Below, in pieces: positions 12,290-26,369 of a stretch of DNA of 63,202 nucleotides. This DNA is from Folioceros fuciformis (lineage: Eukaryota). Each line of letters starts with the position of its first letter. Positions within the stretch are counted from its first letter, which is position 1. The position numbers and the translations under genes are program-made. The notes beneath the pieces are model-generated. The model did not search any database, had not been told where the DNA came from, and saw nothing but the letters and a program-made list of their open reading frames with translations. The stretch is from positions 1 through 63,202 of the forward strand of contig JBNGIO010006432.1 in the NCBI GenBank assembly GCA_049999805.1, written 5' to 3'.

Positions 12290-12900
12290 ACTGGTGGGAG
12301 TCATATGGAGAAAGTATCCATGGATTCAATACAATGTTGAGACTAAGATAGTTTCATGTAAAATTCATAGGCAATATGGGAAGAAAAGTTAGCAACAACT
12401 AGTGCAATGGCACAGCAAACATCAAGTCCAATTCTATCAACAAACATGCTTTCCATGCAATTCAATGAAACTCAACTAGAGCCCGAGATCATGATAGTCC
12501 AAGATTTACGGAAGTGGTGAAGAATGCAGTGGGGTGTAGATATGATGGTCTAATTTATATGTTTTAAAAGGCATATGACCATGGCATAGTAGGAATAATG
12601 TATCTTTCATGCAATTTCATAATACAATTAATCTACAAGGTTAGAAAATATCTCGTCATGATACCATGATGACAAAGCTTGTGCTAAGATGGTAACATGC
12701 ATGACCTTTGATAAAGCTTGTGCTAAGATGGTCACATATATGGCCTCTGATAAAGCTTGTGCTGAGATGGTAACATATACATGGCCTCTAACATACGTTA
12801 AGATTTAACAATGTCGGATAACCTTGAATCCTATATTTGGTTTGATGATAAATGAATCCATGAAATCTTTGGTCTTCATGTTTATGAATAGTTTTTTTTT
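12290..12900 (+). mobile_element. Degenerate hAT-like (ZNF862-type) transposase relic
   Basis: WRKYPWIQYN...IVSCKIH zinc-finger-like start, HDDKACAKMV (in a ~39-bp triplication at 12668-12790) and FGLMINES, resembling the first catalytic xDESTD motif. Confidence 0.5.
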
Positions 12901-14182
12901 GGGGGTTTTTTAGAAAGAAAAAGATCTCCTTTTTTTAATGTAAAATGGCTTTAGGCCTGCAAGTTTAGACTGAAAGGGTCTGTCTATTTGACACTTTACT
13001 GAAGTAAAAATTATCTTGAGGAATAAAAAAGAAGAAGTAAAAGTTGGCTGTAAGACTCTATGTAAAACTTATTTGCTGAGGTATGCTCTATGTCCGAACT
13101 CCACGTCCTAAGCCTCGGCCTTGTAGCCGCACCAATAAGAGTGGAGTGCTAGGCTGGCCTCTTGGTTGTGGAGACGACTACGTCGTGGAGAGGACCAGGT
13201 CAAGGCTGAGGCTAAGGTCTATCGAATAAATAATTGGTTTATAATATTTTTTTTTCTTATTTAACCATTCCTTTAAACATATGCCTTGGGCAGATCACAC
13301 AACAGGAACATATCTCTGGGGATGCGCTAGAAAAATTTAATAAGTTTATTATGCCAAAGACTGTAAATGAGTCTTTGAGTGTACATGGAGGTAACCTGCA
13401 AGGTGTATTTATTGATTTCAAACCCACGAGGGGGGTACCTATTGATTTCAAACCCAAGAAGCTAGAAGCAGCTGAACTGACAGAGAACACTGACACACAC
13501 ATCCACTGACACACACATCCACATCCACTGACACACACATCCAGACATTATCATATACAATACATTAATTTGAAACCCTCAGTCTGACATATAATAAATA
13601 ATAGTCATATCATATATTATTAATTTAAAACAAGCAATCTGACATAGAATATTTAACCTTCATCGTGACATAGTACATGATTACTACTTGTATATTTCTG
13701 TACATGATTACTACTTGTATGTTTCTGATCACTACTTCTCGCCTCGCCTGTGGCGAATGCTCAATTGTGAAGTTATGATACCCAACCATACCAATACCAA
13801 ACCATACCAAACCAAACTATACTGTAACATGCCCTTGCTCTACATTGAGCTTGTTCAGTTTATAGGAGGAGTTGGTTTCAAGAATATATATATTTCATAT
13901 TTACTATTTAATTGCCTTGTAAGTAGGTAGTAGTTAACCCGGCCTTCATCTTTAGTTCCTTCGATAGGAGATCCCAAAACAAAGTATTTAGATGTTCCCA
14001 CCGAGAAAAACATCTGCCGACAAAGGAAAACTCAAGTCCTGTAAGGGTCAAATCGGTGACCAGAGTTAGACGAATTCCTCAACCCCCGAATTTCTAGTGA
14101 GTTGGAAACGTTGATTTGCCAGCATTGAGGGACAAGTCTATATAGCATCACCTCTGGTCCGATCCCTCTTCGGGTGCTGGTG

Positions 14183-16993
14183 CTAGGCAAGCACTTCAGG
14201 TTCGTCGTCCTGAGCCAGGGCGTGGATGATACTGGGTCCGAATTGTTCGAATTGCGCTGCTGTTACGCACCATGCTTCCTCGAAAGTACTCAGCTGAGGC
14301 AAAAGAGACGAGGCGCTTTGTTACATGTTAGCAGGTGCGGGTGTGAGCGCAGGAGTGAAGGGAAGTATGCAAGGGGAGGCTTGGCACTTACGTTGCACAA
14401 CATGTTGGCCCCGAACCACGCAGCATCCAGTCCTCGCACGGGGCGCAGAACATTCAATCCGTTGTACATGTCGCTGTGCAGGCATTTTTTTAGCTCCTTC
14501 TCAAGTCTCTCTGGGAACGGAAGCGACATAAGTGAGGTAAGAATGGATCCTTGGAAGCAGTGAATGTACGTACACCAAAGCCGGCAGACTACAAGGGTGA
14601 GATCCGACATATACCCGGCAGTCCAGGAAAAGAAGCTGTACCACCGGTCATGACTATCGTCTTATACCATTCGGCGTCCGCTGGGTCATCCACCTTGTAC
14701 TCCGCGCAGCGAGAAATGGAAGCAGCTACCGCCTGGCCCAGACCCAGAACTCCTCTGCAAGCTCCAACCATAGCACAACTTATATGGCGTGGGCAGGGTT
14801 GTCGACGACCGCACACATATAAGAAGCGAGACTCGGCTTTCAATTCTATGGCAGAGGCTCATACATGCATGCTCCAAGAACTTCCGAATGCGGCTCTGGG
14901 AAACAAATTGCAAATACAACAGACATGCGACAGCGAAAACCGGACGTACTGCAGGCCTCCGAGAAGAGGTTGGAACAGAATTTCAGGTGTCCGGTATCGC
15001 TCTTCGCGAAGAGTGAATTCGCCCTCAGTTCCGACGGAGCATGAAGCTGGAGTGCACTTATTGCCTTCCTCCTCATAGTCTTGAGCTACGTAGCAAAGCA
15101 TCTGCAAAAATTCGAGTGGACTTGTTGAACAGGGGCACACCAAGAGTGAGACAGTCCCGGCAACAGCAAAGGAACTTGGTTCATTTAGATACCTCTTTCA
15201 CCTCTCGTACTGTATACATCGAGGCAAAATTGACGCCACTATTCTGCATGAGCTCTGCAAGGTGCCCTGTAAGGCGCATCGCACCCTGTCCCACAGTTTC
15301 GACTCCGACCTTCCTCATCACTTTCCCATGCAGAACTGCAATACGACCACGGGTAAGCAAGATGACGCAAGCACTGCTAGCCTTGTTTACACACCATCTT
15401 GCGAGGGAGTCATTCATGGCCATGAGGAGAGCTTACTGGGAGTTAGCGTCGTCACATGGAAACCGAAGTTGACGACGATGCCTGAAGTTTGCCGGGCGGC
15501 AAACAAAGCCAACAGTGCCTGTAAAAGCAATCGCGTTCCTTCAATTCATCACGCCGGGCTGCTTGAGTTGGAGGAAACCTTCGTACAGAACCCAATCATG
15601 GTACCCAAGAGAGTACGGCCTGGAATACCTGATTCACGGAACACACAGCAGGCACACCCAGACTGAACAGGACCGAGAAGGTGACTTCCCTCAACTGCCT
15701 CCTGGCCGATCTAGCTTCTGCAGTGTCTGCAAGCAAGCATCTCTCATCAGGAGGAAGCATGCTGATACAAGCCTAAGCTCGATTGTAGGGACCACGCAAG
15801 CTGCGGATCTTACAGTCCTGATTGCACAGAGGCTCTGACACAACAATCGGCTGAAGTGTTGCCTTTGTCTGAGCACTGCATCACATGAAACAAATTAGAA
15901 GTAGTGTGAGACCCTCCCCGACAAGCCCACAAAGTGCACTTAGTGTGGGACTGACCAATCAAAAATGGTCGTAAAAAGCTGCTTCAAACGTGGTGCCAGA
16001 GGTGTTTCGATGTTGCCGAATTCCTGCAATTTAATCCAGACAACCCAGCAGGCAGGCACCCCAAACACCATTTATTTCAAGCTACCTTGGCAGGAAACCA
16101 ATCAGTTTCCGCAGAATTTTGCAGAGCAGCAACAATCCCAGCAAGCAGCACCAGAAAGGTGGGGATCCTGCCGTCCGGGAGATCGCAGTTGCTCCATCCG
16201 TACTTGCAATATCCAGATCCACCTGTTTCACAACACGCGCAAAGGTAAGACACGAATTCCTCTCATTCTACTACGAGTAATCCACCTGGAAACATTTCTT
16301 TCAAGGAAGGCATGACCCGGCCAGAAGCGATATTAAACGCGTTCAGCCTGAAATGTAAAACTCTCAGATGCAGCAAGCCAGCGCAGAATCCTAGGGTTTA
16401 CAATCAACAGAAGGACAGTTCTGCAGGGGGCGCTGACCATCCAAGATCACGGACACCGGAGCCTTCGCGCGGTCCATATAGATTTTCCGAAATGGCAGTG
16501 CATTTTTCTGAGCAGGCCTGTCAAAATGCAGCGCGACAACCGTGGTCAGCCTCCATGGCAAGCGCGCAACACTCTGGCAAACACTCACGCTTCGCTCGCC
16601 AGTAGTGAACTTCCATGCACGCCTCAACAGAAAATTGAGAGCAACACTTCAATCACACAGAGTCTTGCATCAGGAGCTCTAAACATCCTACTACTAGCCA
16701 ATCGCGGTATTGACCATCTACCTGCAAATAGTGCTAGGACCTTGGCGCAGATAAGTCTCCCCAAACATCACGTACTCCCACGTTTCCGGATCATGCGCAG
16801 TGCGCAGCAAATTTTCCCACAGAGAGTCATTCTTCGTCAGCAGCCAACAATTTCTGCAGGCCAAACCTGCTGCTACCAAATCCTCCACAGCTAAGCGCGA
16901 GAAGACGTTCAAAAGCAGATCGGGGGGCAGCGCACATGCGTATTGGCGAGCTTGAGGCCACACGCTCGTGGGATTCGCCTCGGACAACTCCAT
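14183..16993 (-). CDS. ARP8: Actin-related protein 8 (plant F-box plus actin fold), multi-exon
   Basis: F-box ALPPDLLLNVFSRL...LW; VILDG/GSGYCKYGWS; ERYRTPEILFQP; WYKTIVMTGGTASFPGLP; AAWFGANMLCN; last exon LSTFEEAWCVT ends at TAG 14183. Start ATG inferred. Confidence 0.9.
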
Positions 16994-18439
16994 GGATCGG
17001 CACAGCACAACGTACGTTCAGCAGAGGGCCTGCCACAGCCAAATAGGTGCTCAGACATCAGGCGAGCTAGCGGCTTCAACAAAAGCTGTTCCCCGCAGTC
17101 GCCTCTCGCCTGGACAGGTTTTCTGGTAGAACAGAAACACGGATTCCAGGCTTGACAAGCATGAAACTCTCATGACAAACGTTTGCAGAGGCGAGGCAAA
17201 ATTTGTCCTCCTACGTTCAAAGTCCAGGCTGTAAAACGATGGGGGTGCGGCCTATCCACGTCACGGCTCACACCACGGCCTTTCCGCAGCCAAGGAAACA
17301 GGAAGTAACCGGCGGCAGCACGCTAGCTATACTGTCACGATGGCTGACATTAGTTAAAGCAGGTGCGGTTCAGACTCTGTCAACGCATGCAAATCTCTGA
17401 GCAACTAGGAGCAGCATTATCGATGCAAGCACGCCCCTTCAGACCACCAAAAGCCTCACCTCCATGTCCACGCTAGCAACAGTTTGGAACCACGGCCTGT
17501 AACCTCGTTCTCCAGCCGGAGAACTGAGGAACAGATCTGGAAAAACTCCTGCACGATCGCTTCCACTGGGACAAGGACTTGGTTATGATCAACACAAAGG
17601 CACTCGGCAGTGCCTTTGACGAACTTGGACACCTATATCGACCGGAAAGAGAGGCTTGACGCAGTAGGAGGCGGTGGTACGCTCCTCGCACACACCCGCG
17701 GGCGGCTGTCGTCAAGGAGACGGAGCGCCGAAACACGTCTCCTGATTCACGACCGTGAGTGACAGACTCATTCGGAAGACAGGCCTTTCACAGCCGCTCC
17801 CGAGCAGTTGCTGAGCATCGCAGACGCGACTACGGCCACAACAAGTTGGGCTGATCGGCGACAGCGTCTGTGGAAAAGGGAGCGATCCCGCGAAGGCAGC
17901 GGGAGCAGCACCTGGAACTCTTAATTGCCGTCAGAAGCCAAAGACTCCAAATATCTGGTTTCAGCGGTATAGGTGTTAGTTTCGCCCGGCTACATAGGCC
18001 ATGGCATGAAAGGTTGTACAAGCACACGTGCCTGCCATCCAGTTTATCTTTTGTGCATATTCACACATGTACATATTTCACGACGCTCACTGGTTGCTCC
18101 CTTTTGGCACCCTTTTTGTGACGTGTTGGAACAAGAACGACAAGAAAATGTTGAGCTCCATATGCTTCCGACATTGAGTATTGAATTCTAAACTATGGGA
18201 AAGAGATTGAAGTATCGTGTTCTGCCCAAGTATCAAGGGGAGCGTCAACAAGGCCAGAAGTACCCACCACCATTACCCCCTAAGAAACCTTGGAGAGAAA
18301 GAGACCTTGAGAGAGGACCAAAAACACATTGGAAAAGGCCTCCCATTCTTGAAGAGGCTCCCCGAGAAACCATCGTACATCCCAAGTTTGAATCTCCTTT
18401 GCCACCCCCCTTACAAGTTCCTCCCAGACGCAAAAGTCT

Positions 18440-19200
18440 TGTCAGAACAAACAACACCTGGTGCAAGACTTTGGATCACGAGTGTGCCTCGAAATGTGAT
18501 TCAGGATTTCATCCTCAAACATGTTGTGGTGGAACCAACACATTATACAAGATCTTCAAAGCCGGACAAAGTTTTGTGGGGGTGAGATTCTCCATCCCCT
18601 TCTACCTCTACAAAATTCTAAGACATGCAGTACCAATATCAACCTATGAATGTCTTCACAGATAGCACATCCTCAAATACTATCCGGGTACAAGTCTCCT
18701 AATGCTTATGGATTCAGGCCACCATTTCAATCTGAAACGTAAGTTTCCATACAAACCAAACTCCTTGCTTTCCAAATCATGAAACAACCTCACATCTTCA
18801 AGCCTTAATCAATCATCGGAGACAACAGGACCAACTCCTATTTTCAAAACCAAGTTCGAAAGATAGGACAAAATGCCACAGTGTATGATAAGAAATTGGT
18901 GCCTTATTACCCAAATGCAGCTCGAAACAGGGCTTCCTTCACTCTCCAATCTTTCGTAGGAGCTCGTGCTTTCGATCGACGAAATGCTAGCTATTTGAAG
19001 TGAGCATTCCCATCTTGTAGCAAGCTTCAAGATTTTGTATCTCGAGAACCTTTGGTATGACAAAACTTCGAATACAAATTCCTATCTTGGGTTGCTCTTT
19101 TTCAACAGACTTGTGAGTGGAAACCCAAGACACATGCGAACACCTAAGACCATGAATCAAACATTCATGAAATTCGAAAAGGATCCTCCTGGCATGTCTA
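18440..19200 (+). mobile_element. Highly eroded Gypsy integrase relic
   Basis: CDSGFHPQTCCGGTNTLYKIFKAG resembles the integrase zinc region (HxGxCGGH...KILRAG); further weak motifs downstream. Confidence 0.3.
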
Positions 19201-20369
19201 ACCAAGGCATATTTTCAGGTACTATAGCAACATTTTAAATTATCATCAAAATTCATCACAAGAAATAACAAATGCTCCTTTTGTATTCCTTTTGCAGACC
19301 GAGCAAAGAGGATTCATAAGAAGATCTTCAAAGATTAGCACTACAGAGGTATGCAAGAACAACACCCATGAAACCTACAATTAAGAAGAGTAATCTCCTT
19401 TCCTCCTCCTTCTTCTTCTTCATCATCATCTTCTTCTTCTTTGTGTTAAACCAATGAGGAAGATCTTGCTTTAGGTTACAACCAAACAATTAGTGCATTT
19501 GTTACTTTGCTTTTGGAAATTAAAAGGATAAGCCAACCCTATATAAGATGGTTTAGGAGGGAAGAGGAAGCAACAAACAAGTGTATGCATATCAACTAAG
19601 ATCTTCATGAATATGTTGCTAAAGAAGTGACTCTTATGTGGATCTATTTCACAATACAAAATAAGGCACACTTGATAAGTAATATTTTACATAGTTACAG
19701 TCTATGATTATGCAGAAATGCGACCACTTATCTCTATTTGTGTGCTAAATGAGTGCACTAATAAAGGATGTGCAAATTTTCTACTATTTCACATATGATG
19801 TTACAGATTATTGTAAAATGTGCAATATATTTCTACTTCTATGCTTATTTTTATTTTTCTGTTTTATATAGAAATAAAATGAAAGAAGTATAATATCTTT
19901 ATTAATTGATTATTTAATTCAAAGATGATTTAATGATTTTAATATGCACGTCATTTATCTCTCTAAAGTNNNNNNNNNNNNNNNNNNNNNNNNNNNNNNN
20001 NNNNNNNNNNNNNNNNNNNNNNNNNNNNNNNNNNNNNNNNNNNNNNNNNNNNNNNNNNNNNNNNNNNNNTCTCTAAAGTACCTGGTTTTTTTTCTCTATC
20101 TTTTTCATACATTTTTTTTGGATAATAAAAAATTTATTATTATAGAAGATGTAAAAACATATTTATTCTAATTTAAAAGGAAGAACCTTTAAGAGAACAC
20201 TTAAACAACCATAGTCCAATTACAGACCTCTACTTAAGTAGAGGAACACTTGCAACGAAAAAGCACCTTTCTCTACTTCCCTACTTCCCTACTTCGACAA
20301 CAAAGGACTCCAAGAATGTGGTAATCCTTGATGTCATCACAAGAGCAAAGAGAGTGCAGTTGTTTAAGA

Positions 20370-21075
20370 ATGCTGTTGACACCCAAACCTCCATGGCTAA
20401 AATAGTTGTGTTCTCAAACGTGATAGGAAGGGATACTTGTGGTTTGGGTAGTGAACGTTTTCTACAGTGCAGTCAAAAGTGATTGGGAGAGCAGCTTGAT
20501 CCATGTGCAAAGGAAGAAGACAATACAATACCAAATGCTACATGTTGATCCCCTTGTTGGGAGATAGCTGATATGTGTCAAATTCCTTCTTTAGAGCTGC
20601 ATCTATGAATCCTTGTATGAAAGTAGTGGAGCCCCTTACGAAACTGAAGAGAGCACACCATGTTAGAGACCATATCTGGGGTGGGAGAGCTTAGAAGAGA
20701 AAAGTTCAAAAGCCTTCTTTATGGAGTCCAGTTCAAAAGCCTTCTTTACAGAGTTATGTCTAGTCAGTTGCTTCAAATGTTGTTGACACCAAAACCTCCA
20801 TGGCTAAAAGAGGGGTGCCCTCAAATGTGATGGGAAGGGATAATTATGGTTTGAGTAGCGAAGGTTTCTTATAATGCAATCAAAAGTGATTGGGAGAGCA
20901 GCTTAGTCGATTCGTAAAAGAAGATAATACAATACCAAATGCGACATGTTGATCCCCTTATTGGGGAGATAGCCAAAATGTGTCAAATTCCTTCTTTAGA
21001 GCTGCATCTATGAATTCTTGTATGAAAGTAGTCGAGCCCCTCCTGAAACTGACGAGAGCACACCATGTTAGAGAC
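20370..21075 (-). mobile_element. CRE-like non-LTR retrotransposon relic, duplicated in tandem (~20370-20670 and ~20778-21075)
   Basis: Two direct copies; minus strand reads GSTTFIQEFIDAALKKE...GDQHVAFGI...FTNRLS and later FSHGGFGV, matching the post-RT region of CRE/RLE-type elements. Confidence 0.5.
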
Positions 21076-21084
21076 ATACCATTT

Positions 21085-21245
21085 CACAATTCAAGCCCGC
21101 CCTCCCACTTCTTTGCTGGCCACAATTCAACCCCCTCCTGCCACTTCTTTGATGGCCACAATTCAACCCTGCCCTACCACTTCTTTGCTCGCCACAATTC
21201 AAGCCCGCCCTACCACTTCTTTGCTCGCCACAATTCAGCCCGCTT
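21085..21245. repeat. 36-bp minisatellite, about 4.5 copies
   Basis: CACAATTCAAGCCCGCCCTACCACTTCTTTGCTCGC variants at 36-bp spacing. Confidence 0.9.
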
Positions 21246-23011
21246 TGTGCTCGGAGGCCTCCTACTCGAGCTTGGAACTCATAGTCACGGTGAGTGAGTG
21301 CGGAGGGAAAATGCCTCAGGATTTCAAATCTTGATTGCTAAGCTTGTGCGCTAAGGCTGAGAAAGTGGCTCGATAGTTCTGCAGACTTCTACAGCTTAGT
21401 AGATGTGCATGCGTGAAGAGTCGTGGGGAAAAGGCGTGGAAAAGGATGTTGCAGAATGTGGCCATGGAGGTGAGGGCGTCGTGCCTTCCACTTGACGAGG
21501 AGGAGAGATGACAAGGAGCGGCTAATAATGCAGTGGCAAAATAGGTAATGTACATGTGTACGAGTGTATGTAGGAGGTATTATTTAATGGATTCGATAAC
21601 GGGAGGCGTTGGATGCGTCATGACACATCCTGTAGCGCAAGACACGCCTCGTATCCAGGTCCATTCATTTGGATGTAGTACGTATGATTCGTAAAGTCGA
21701 GGAAGTGTAAAAGTGAGCGGCCTTTCCTAAAAAGTGCAAAGTTCTCGTAAGAAAGTACCGAGTCCCAGTCGGTCAGAAGTGGAAAGCGCAATGGGCTCGG
21801 AGGCGTCCCGGGAGCCCGGTGTCGGCTGGAAGCGCTTTCACAAATTGTGGCAAGTCAGCTATGGTACGAGTATCCAGCGATGGTGGCCAGCTCGCCGATT
21901 GCACTTTGCGACTCTTACGAGGCCGAGGGAAAAGCGAAGGAAGGCAAGGAGGCGAAGGAATTGCTCAGGCACGGGCGTGCTACTGACAGCCCATGCATGA
22001 TCTCTACAGTAGCCTGGGCAATGGCCACCCCGACGTACACACCCGTACAGGGCATGGCAGCCTTTCGCACACTCCCAGACTCGTACACGTACTGAACGTG
22101 GCGCTTTCTGTTTTCTCTCCTGCCAGCCCCCAGTTGGTTCATGAACGGGACAGAGTCTGGATGCCGTCTTTCACTGTTCCTGGAGGGATGGACGTACATA
22201 CTGCGTGAAAAGTATTGTGTGCAAGGAGACGTGGCTCGTTCGAGAGCAAGGCACGTTGGTTTCCCTCGTGCGACACACCTGTATCTGGTTGGATGGCGCG
22301 GATGCTGATCCGGACGCTGATCCGGATGCTAGAGGTAGAGTTGCAAGTTGTGATGGTTTGAAGTTATTTGTGGAAGAAAGTTGTTCGTTTCTAGGAGGAA
22401 TCTGTGGCCTGACCACGGCAGAGCGCTTGTCCGTAAAGCCTTTTCTTTTCGGGCGCTGGCGTGCCTGGCCTGTTCAACCTTCCTGCCGGAGACTTCTGAC
22501 AAAGAGCACTACGGGGCGATCATTACCGAGGGGCGGAGCGAGGCTGGCCACTGTGCTGTGTGGATGCTGGCTGCGTCGCGTGCTCTGTTGCGGATCTGGA
22601 CAAGACGAGCTGAGGAAAAGACGAGTGTCCAGCACTAGGGCTGCTGACACTTTTTTGGATGACTGTGCGGGATATTGAGTCTCGACTATTGACGAGTAAT
22701 CAATCATCCGTCCTGCTGCCTGCCAGCACAGCGGTAGTTCAGACAGCCTTCTTGAAAGGGCGTCTAGGTTGACGGCATCTGTATCCGGAGACCGCGGAGG
22801 CTGGACGCGGTCCATCAACATGATGTCTACAGCAGTGCACGACTCTTGCGGAATAGAATATGTAGATACATTTTCTTGGTCGATACATAGTAGCATGTAC
22901 CTCTTGGATACGTAGGCGGTGGTAGCCCAACGCCAGGAGGTGTGGAGTCTGGACAAGAGCCTCGGCCAACTCGCGTGCAGCTCGTTTTAGCTACACTTGG
23001 GAAGGAGAATC

Positions 23012-26007
23012 TTAACAGGGTGGCAAGGTGACATATTGACATAGAAAGAGGTCTGACAGAGACTTGCCATGCCTGTCCAGCCGACGTGAACAAGTGACCC
23101 CACCGTCGAGCACGCCCGTCAGAACAACATTCAAGGCACAAACTCCCCCGACCTGGTAGATCTTTATCTGCAGATGGCTGTCTTCCGTTGGTTGCCTTTT
23201 GGCCCACAACCATGTGGCACGTGGGTCAGGATTTGGTGGAGTGACCTCACCTTTTTCGCTTTCCAGGAGAGGTTCTGCTACCTGCTTCACCCACTGGGTG
23301 GTTATGACCTTCCTCAGTCTCGGAAGATCCGTTGGACAATGTGGGATCAGACTGACGTTTAGTTGGTTCCCCTTATCCCCTGTTCTGCTGTGTGCAACTT
23401 CATATAAAGGGATGCTGACGCCTCCGGGAGCAGGTTGACAAACAGGAGCACGCACACATGCTACGATTGCCGGTTCAGATTTCGGAATGCTAGTGCTGTT
23501 GCCTTGGTTGTACTGCTGCTCATTTGTTTTACCACATCCGCTGGGCCTCATGCTGCTCCTCCATGTTACCTTTTCTCGTGGCACCTGCAACATCCGGTTA
23601 GTGGGGACAGCTCACGGTACAACTAGGTTGGTTGTGTGCAGACATCAGGTTTTTCTGAGCAACACAGCTCGTACCAGGACCTTGGTCAATAGAACTTGAT
23701 CCTTGTATCCAGTACTGCAGAGATCCGAGGGGGCTGTGAGCTTCTTGACATCCATTTCATTGACAGAAACGTACACAATGCTTCTACAACAGATACTTGA
23801 GACCATTTGGATTTCATTGTAAGAATACCTGATGCCTCCCCCTCCGGCTGGACCATTGGTGTACAATGCCTCAAATTCTTCTGTGAACAATAGCGCATGA
23901 GCTCGTGACTGGAAGAGCCCATCCATACGCAGCCTAACTTCGGTAGCCAGCCCACCCATACGCTCACTACCCCTTAATCCGGCCTGAACTCTTGGCCACA
24001 CTCTCAAGCTGTCTACTCCGATCATATATGACAGAACATGCTTAGTGCTTCCAGGAACAGCTTCTTCCATCCATGCCCGCACCTATTTTCGCATAGTGAA
24101 AATGAGAAACGACGACCCTTCAATTTCAATACAACCGGTCGATTCTTGGATATAGCTAACCTTTGTCCTCACCAGATGATCTCCAGCAGCAGCTCTGTCT
24201 TCACAGTACGGGCCTCCGTATGATATCTCTCCCCACCCTTTCACCCCGCAGTGCTGTAAGCCCAAAAAAGTCCAGCCAATCAGATTAACAGGTGGTGCTC
24301 ATGGATGAGTTAAATTGCTGCTGCACTACAGTGACATTGATCGGAAAGGTATCTGACCTCTGGTATGAGGCGGAGCAGTCTCTCCGGGCACAAAGGGAGA
24401 GACGGCCGAGCACCTTTAGCTAGCACCCTGTCCTTGCTCTGTGGTTCGAATGATACACTTGTGAAGTCAACCACCTGTCCAGCATAACATAATTTTCAGA
24501 TCAAACAACCCAGCACACAAGACGCAATATGTGCACACGAACTAGGGTACAACACTACGCTCTCACCACATCGGGTGTGACGTACGAAGCAGGATCTCCA
24601 ATCTCATACAGAAGTTGCTGTGCACATGTGGCGGCACTAAGTTCTCCACCACTGCCAGGAGCTTTGCATAAGACAGTTGTGCCATCCCAGCTGACCTCAG
24701 CATAGGGCAATGAGACGTCGAGTAACTGCTGTATTGGGAACTTCCTGTGCTGGTCAGCTGTCGAGCCATGTTATCAACCAATTACAAATGTAGTTTACAT
24801 GCTTACACTCAAGCTATTGTCTCACAAAGAACATCAATAACAGACGAACAAGAGTAAGGGGACACCAGGGTGCATGTAGTATCCTCCAGTCAGCTGGCAG
24901 CCACATTCAAGGAGATGTCCAGCCAGGGTTCCTTGAGCTAGTAGGTCGAATTGATCCCAATCCCAACCGAGCTCATATACCTGGACGCCCAGGACAGACT
25001 ATTGAGGAATGTGTATGTCATAGCCCTACACCCTTCCCATGAGAGTTAGGGGGCAACTGTCGAGAAAAGTCCAGAGACAACTGCTTATTGCAGAGGAGTT
25101 TGATCCATCTTACCATGGGTGCTAAAAATAAAGCGGCATCAGCCGTCCGAGATGTAAGTATTACATTAGGATTTCCAGACTCCAAAGCATGAACAATGGG
25201 AGCTGCACCAAGGTACGTGCTGGAACCCTGCAAACCCTATCACCCTCATTCAACTTGCTCACCCAAACATCCAACACAAAAAATCATAACTTAGTGAGCT
25301 TAGAATTGCTCACCACAAGACTATTACTGTTTTGTTCTTCAAACACCACAGCAACATTCACTTGCAAATTCAACTCACTTGCTGTCTTCAGGACTTGACT
25401 CTGAGCTCCAAGCGGATCAGCTACAACGAAAAGAGATATCCATCAGCTGAAAGAGGCTTCAGAGCGTCTACAGCATTCCATTAACGCCAGGACTTACTTG
25501 CACCCATGTTGGTGACAATGCATACTGCCTGGTTCACTGCAACAGGCAGAAGTACCTCCATCCATGAAGCAACTGCATACAGAGAAAAATGGGTCAACAT
25601 TGCAGGTTATGACTTCACCACAGGGCACAACATAAATGGAAGACAACGTAAATTTTTGGCCGGAAGAGCTAATACTTCGAGGATCATAACCCAGGCCCCC
25701 ATCGGCCATTGCATCGAACCGGTTTGCAAGAGTCCGCTCAGCCAGACACTCGAGCACGAGGTAATGCAAGTTTGGGACTTGGGTCAGCAGCTTCAATGCA
25801 GCAGCAATCCTGTCTCCAGCGAAACCAGCTCCACATCCAACGCTAACTGTGTGCTTGCGTCGGATAGGATTTGGCCTCTGGAAAGATACAACACCGTGAA
25901 CGGCTGTGTGGAGGCACTCTTAATACTATTCAGCATGTGAATTGCCCCCTTCTTACCGATTTCACCACACAGTCGCTTGCAGACCCCACATCCCTGGAGT
26001 CAGCCAT
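23012..26007 (-). CDS. Acyclic terpene utilisation AtuA / DUF1446 family protein, multi-exon
   Basis: VGCGAGFAGDR...YLVLECLAERTL, YLGAAPIV...RTADAALFLAPM, GEISYGGP, LYTNGPAGGGG, AHSRTGDKGN, RRLDRHGKSLSD. Confidence 0.92.
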
Positions 26008-26369
26008 CGCGGAAGCCCACTCTGGTACCCGCTATAGTAACGTCAAAGGCTGAAGAAGAGGAGAATTTCCGAAAGTTCTGTCACCGGAGCTATGACCCTT
26101 CCGTAGCCACGATGAATGACTGAAATGCTGAGGCAGGAGCAGAAGTTTACGACCGTTAGAAAAATCAAAGAGCCATTGCGCTGGAAACTTTAGTCGTCGA
26201 ATAGCTTGAGAAAGCTGCGGAAGAACAGGAGAGCTGGACCTCCGGATTCACACATGACGCACAACGTCCAAAGCATGCTGGCCGCTGTGAGCTTTTTGTC
26301 ATCAATTTCTTTTCCAAAAGAACCAAAAACAACAATTAAAAAAAGGACTTTGGTTGTCTTTTAACCTGA

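Noticed and set aside
14183-16993. F-box-actin fusion as a novelty
   Set aside because: This is the known architecture of plant ARP8.
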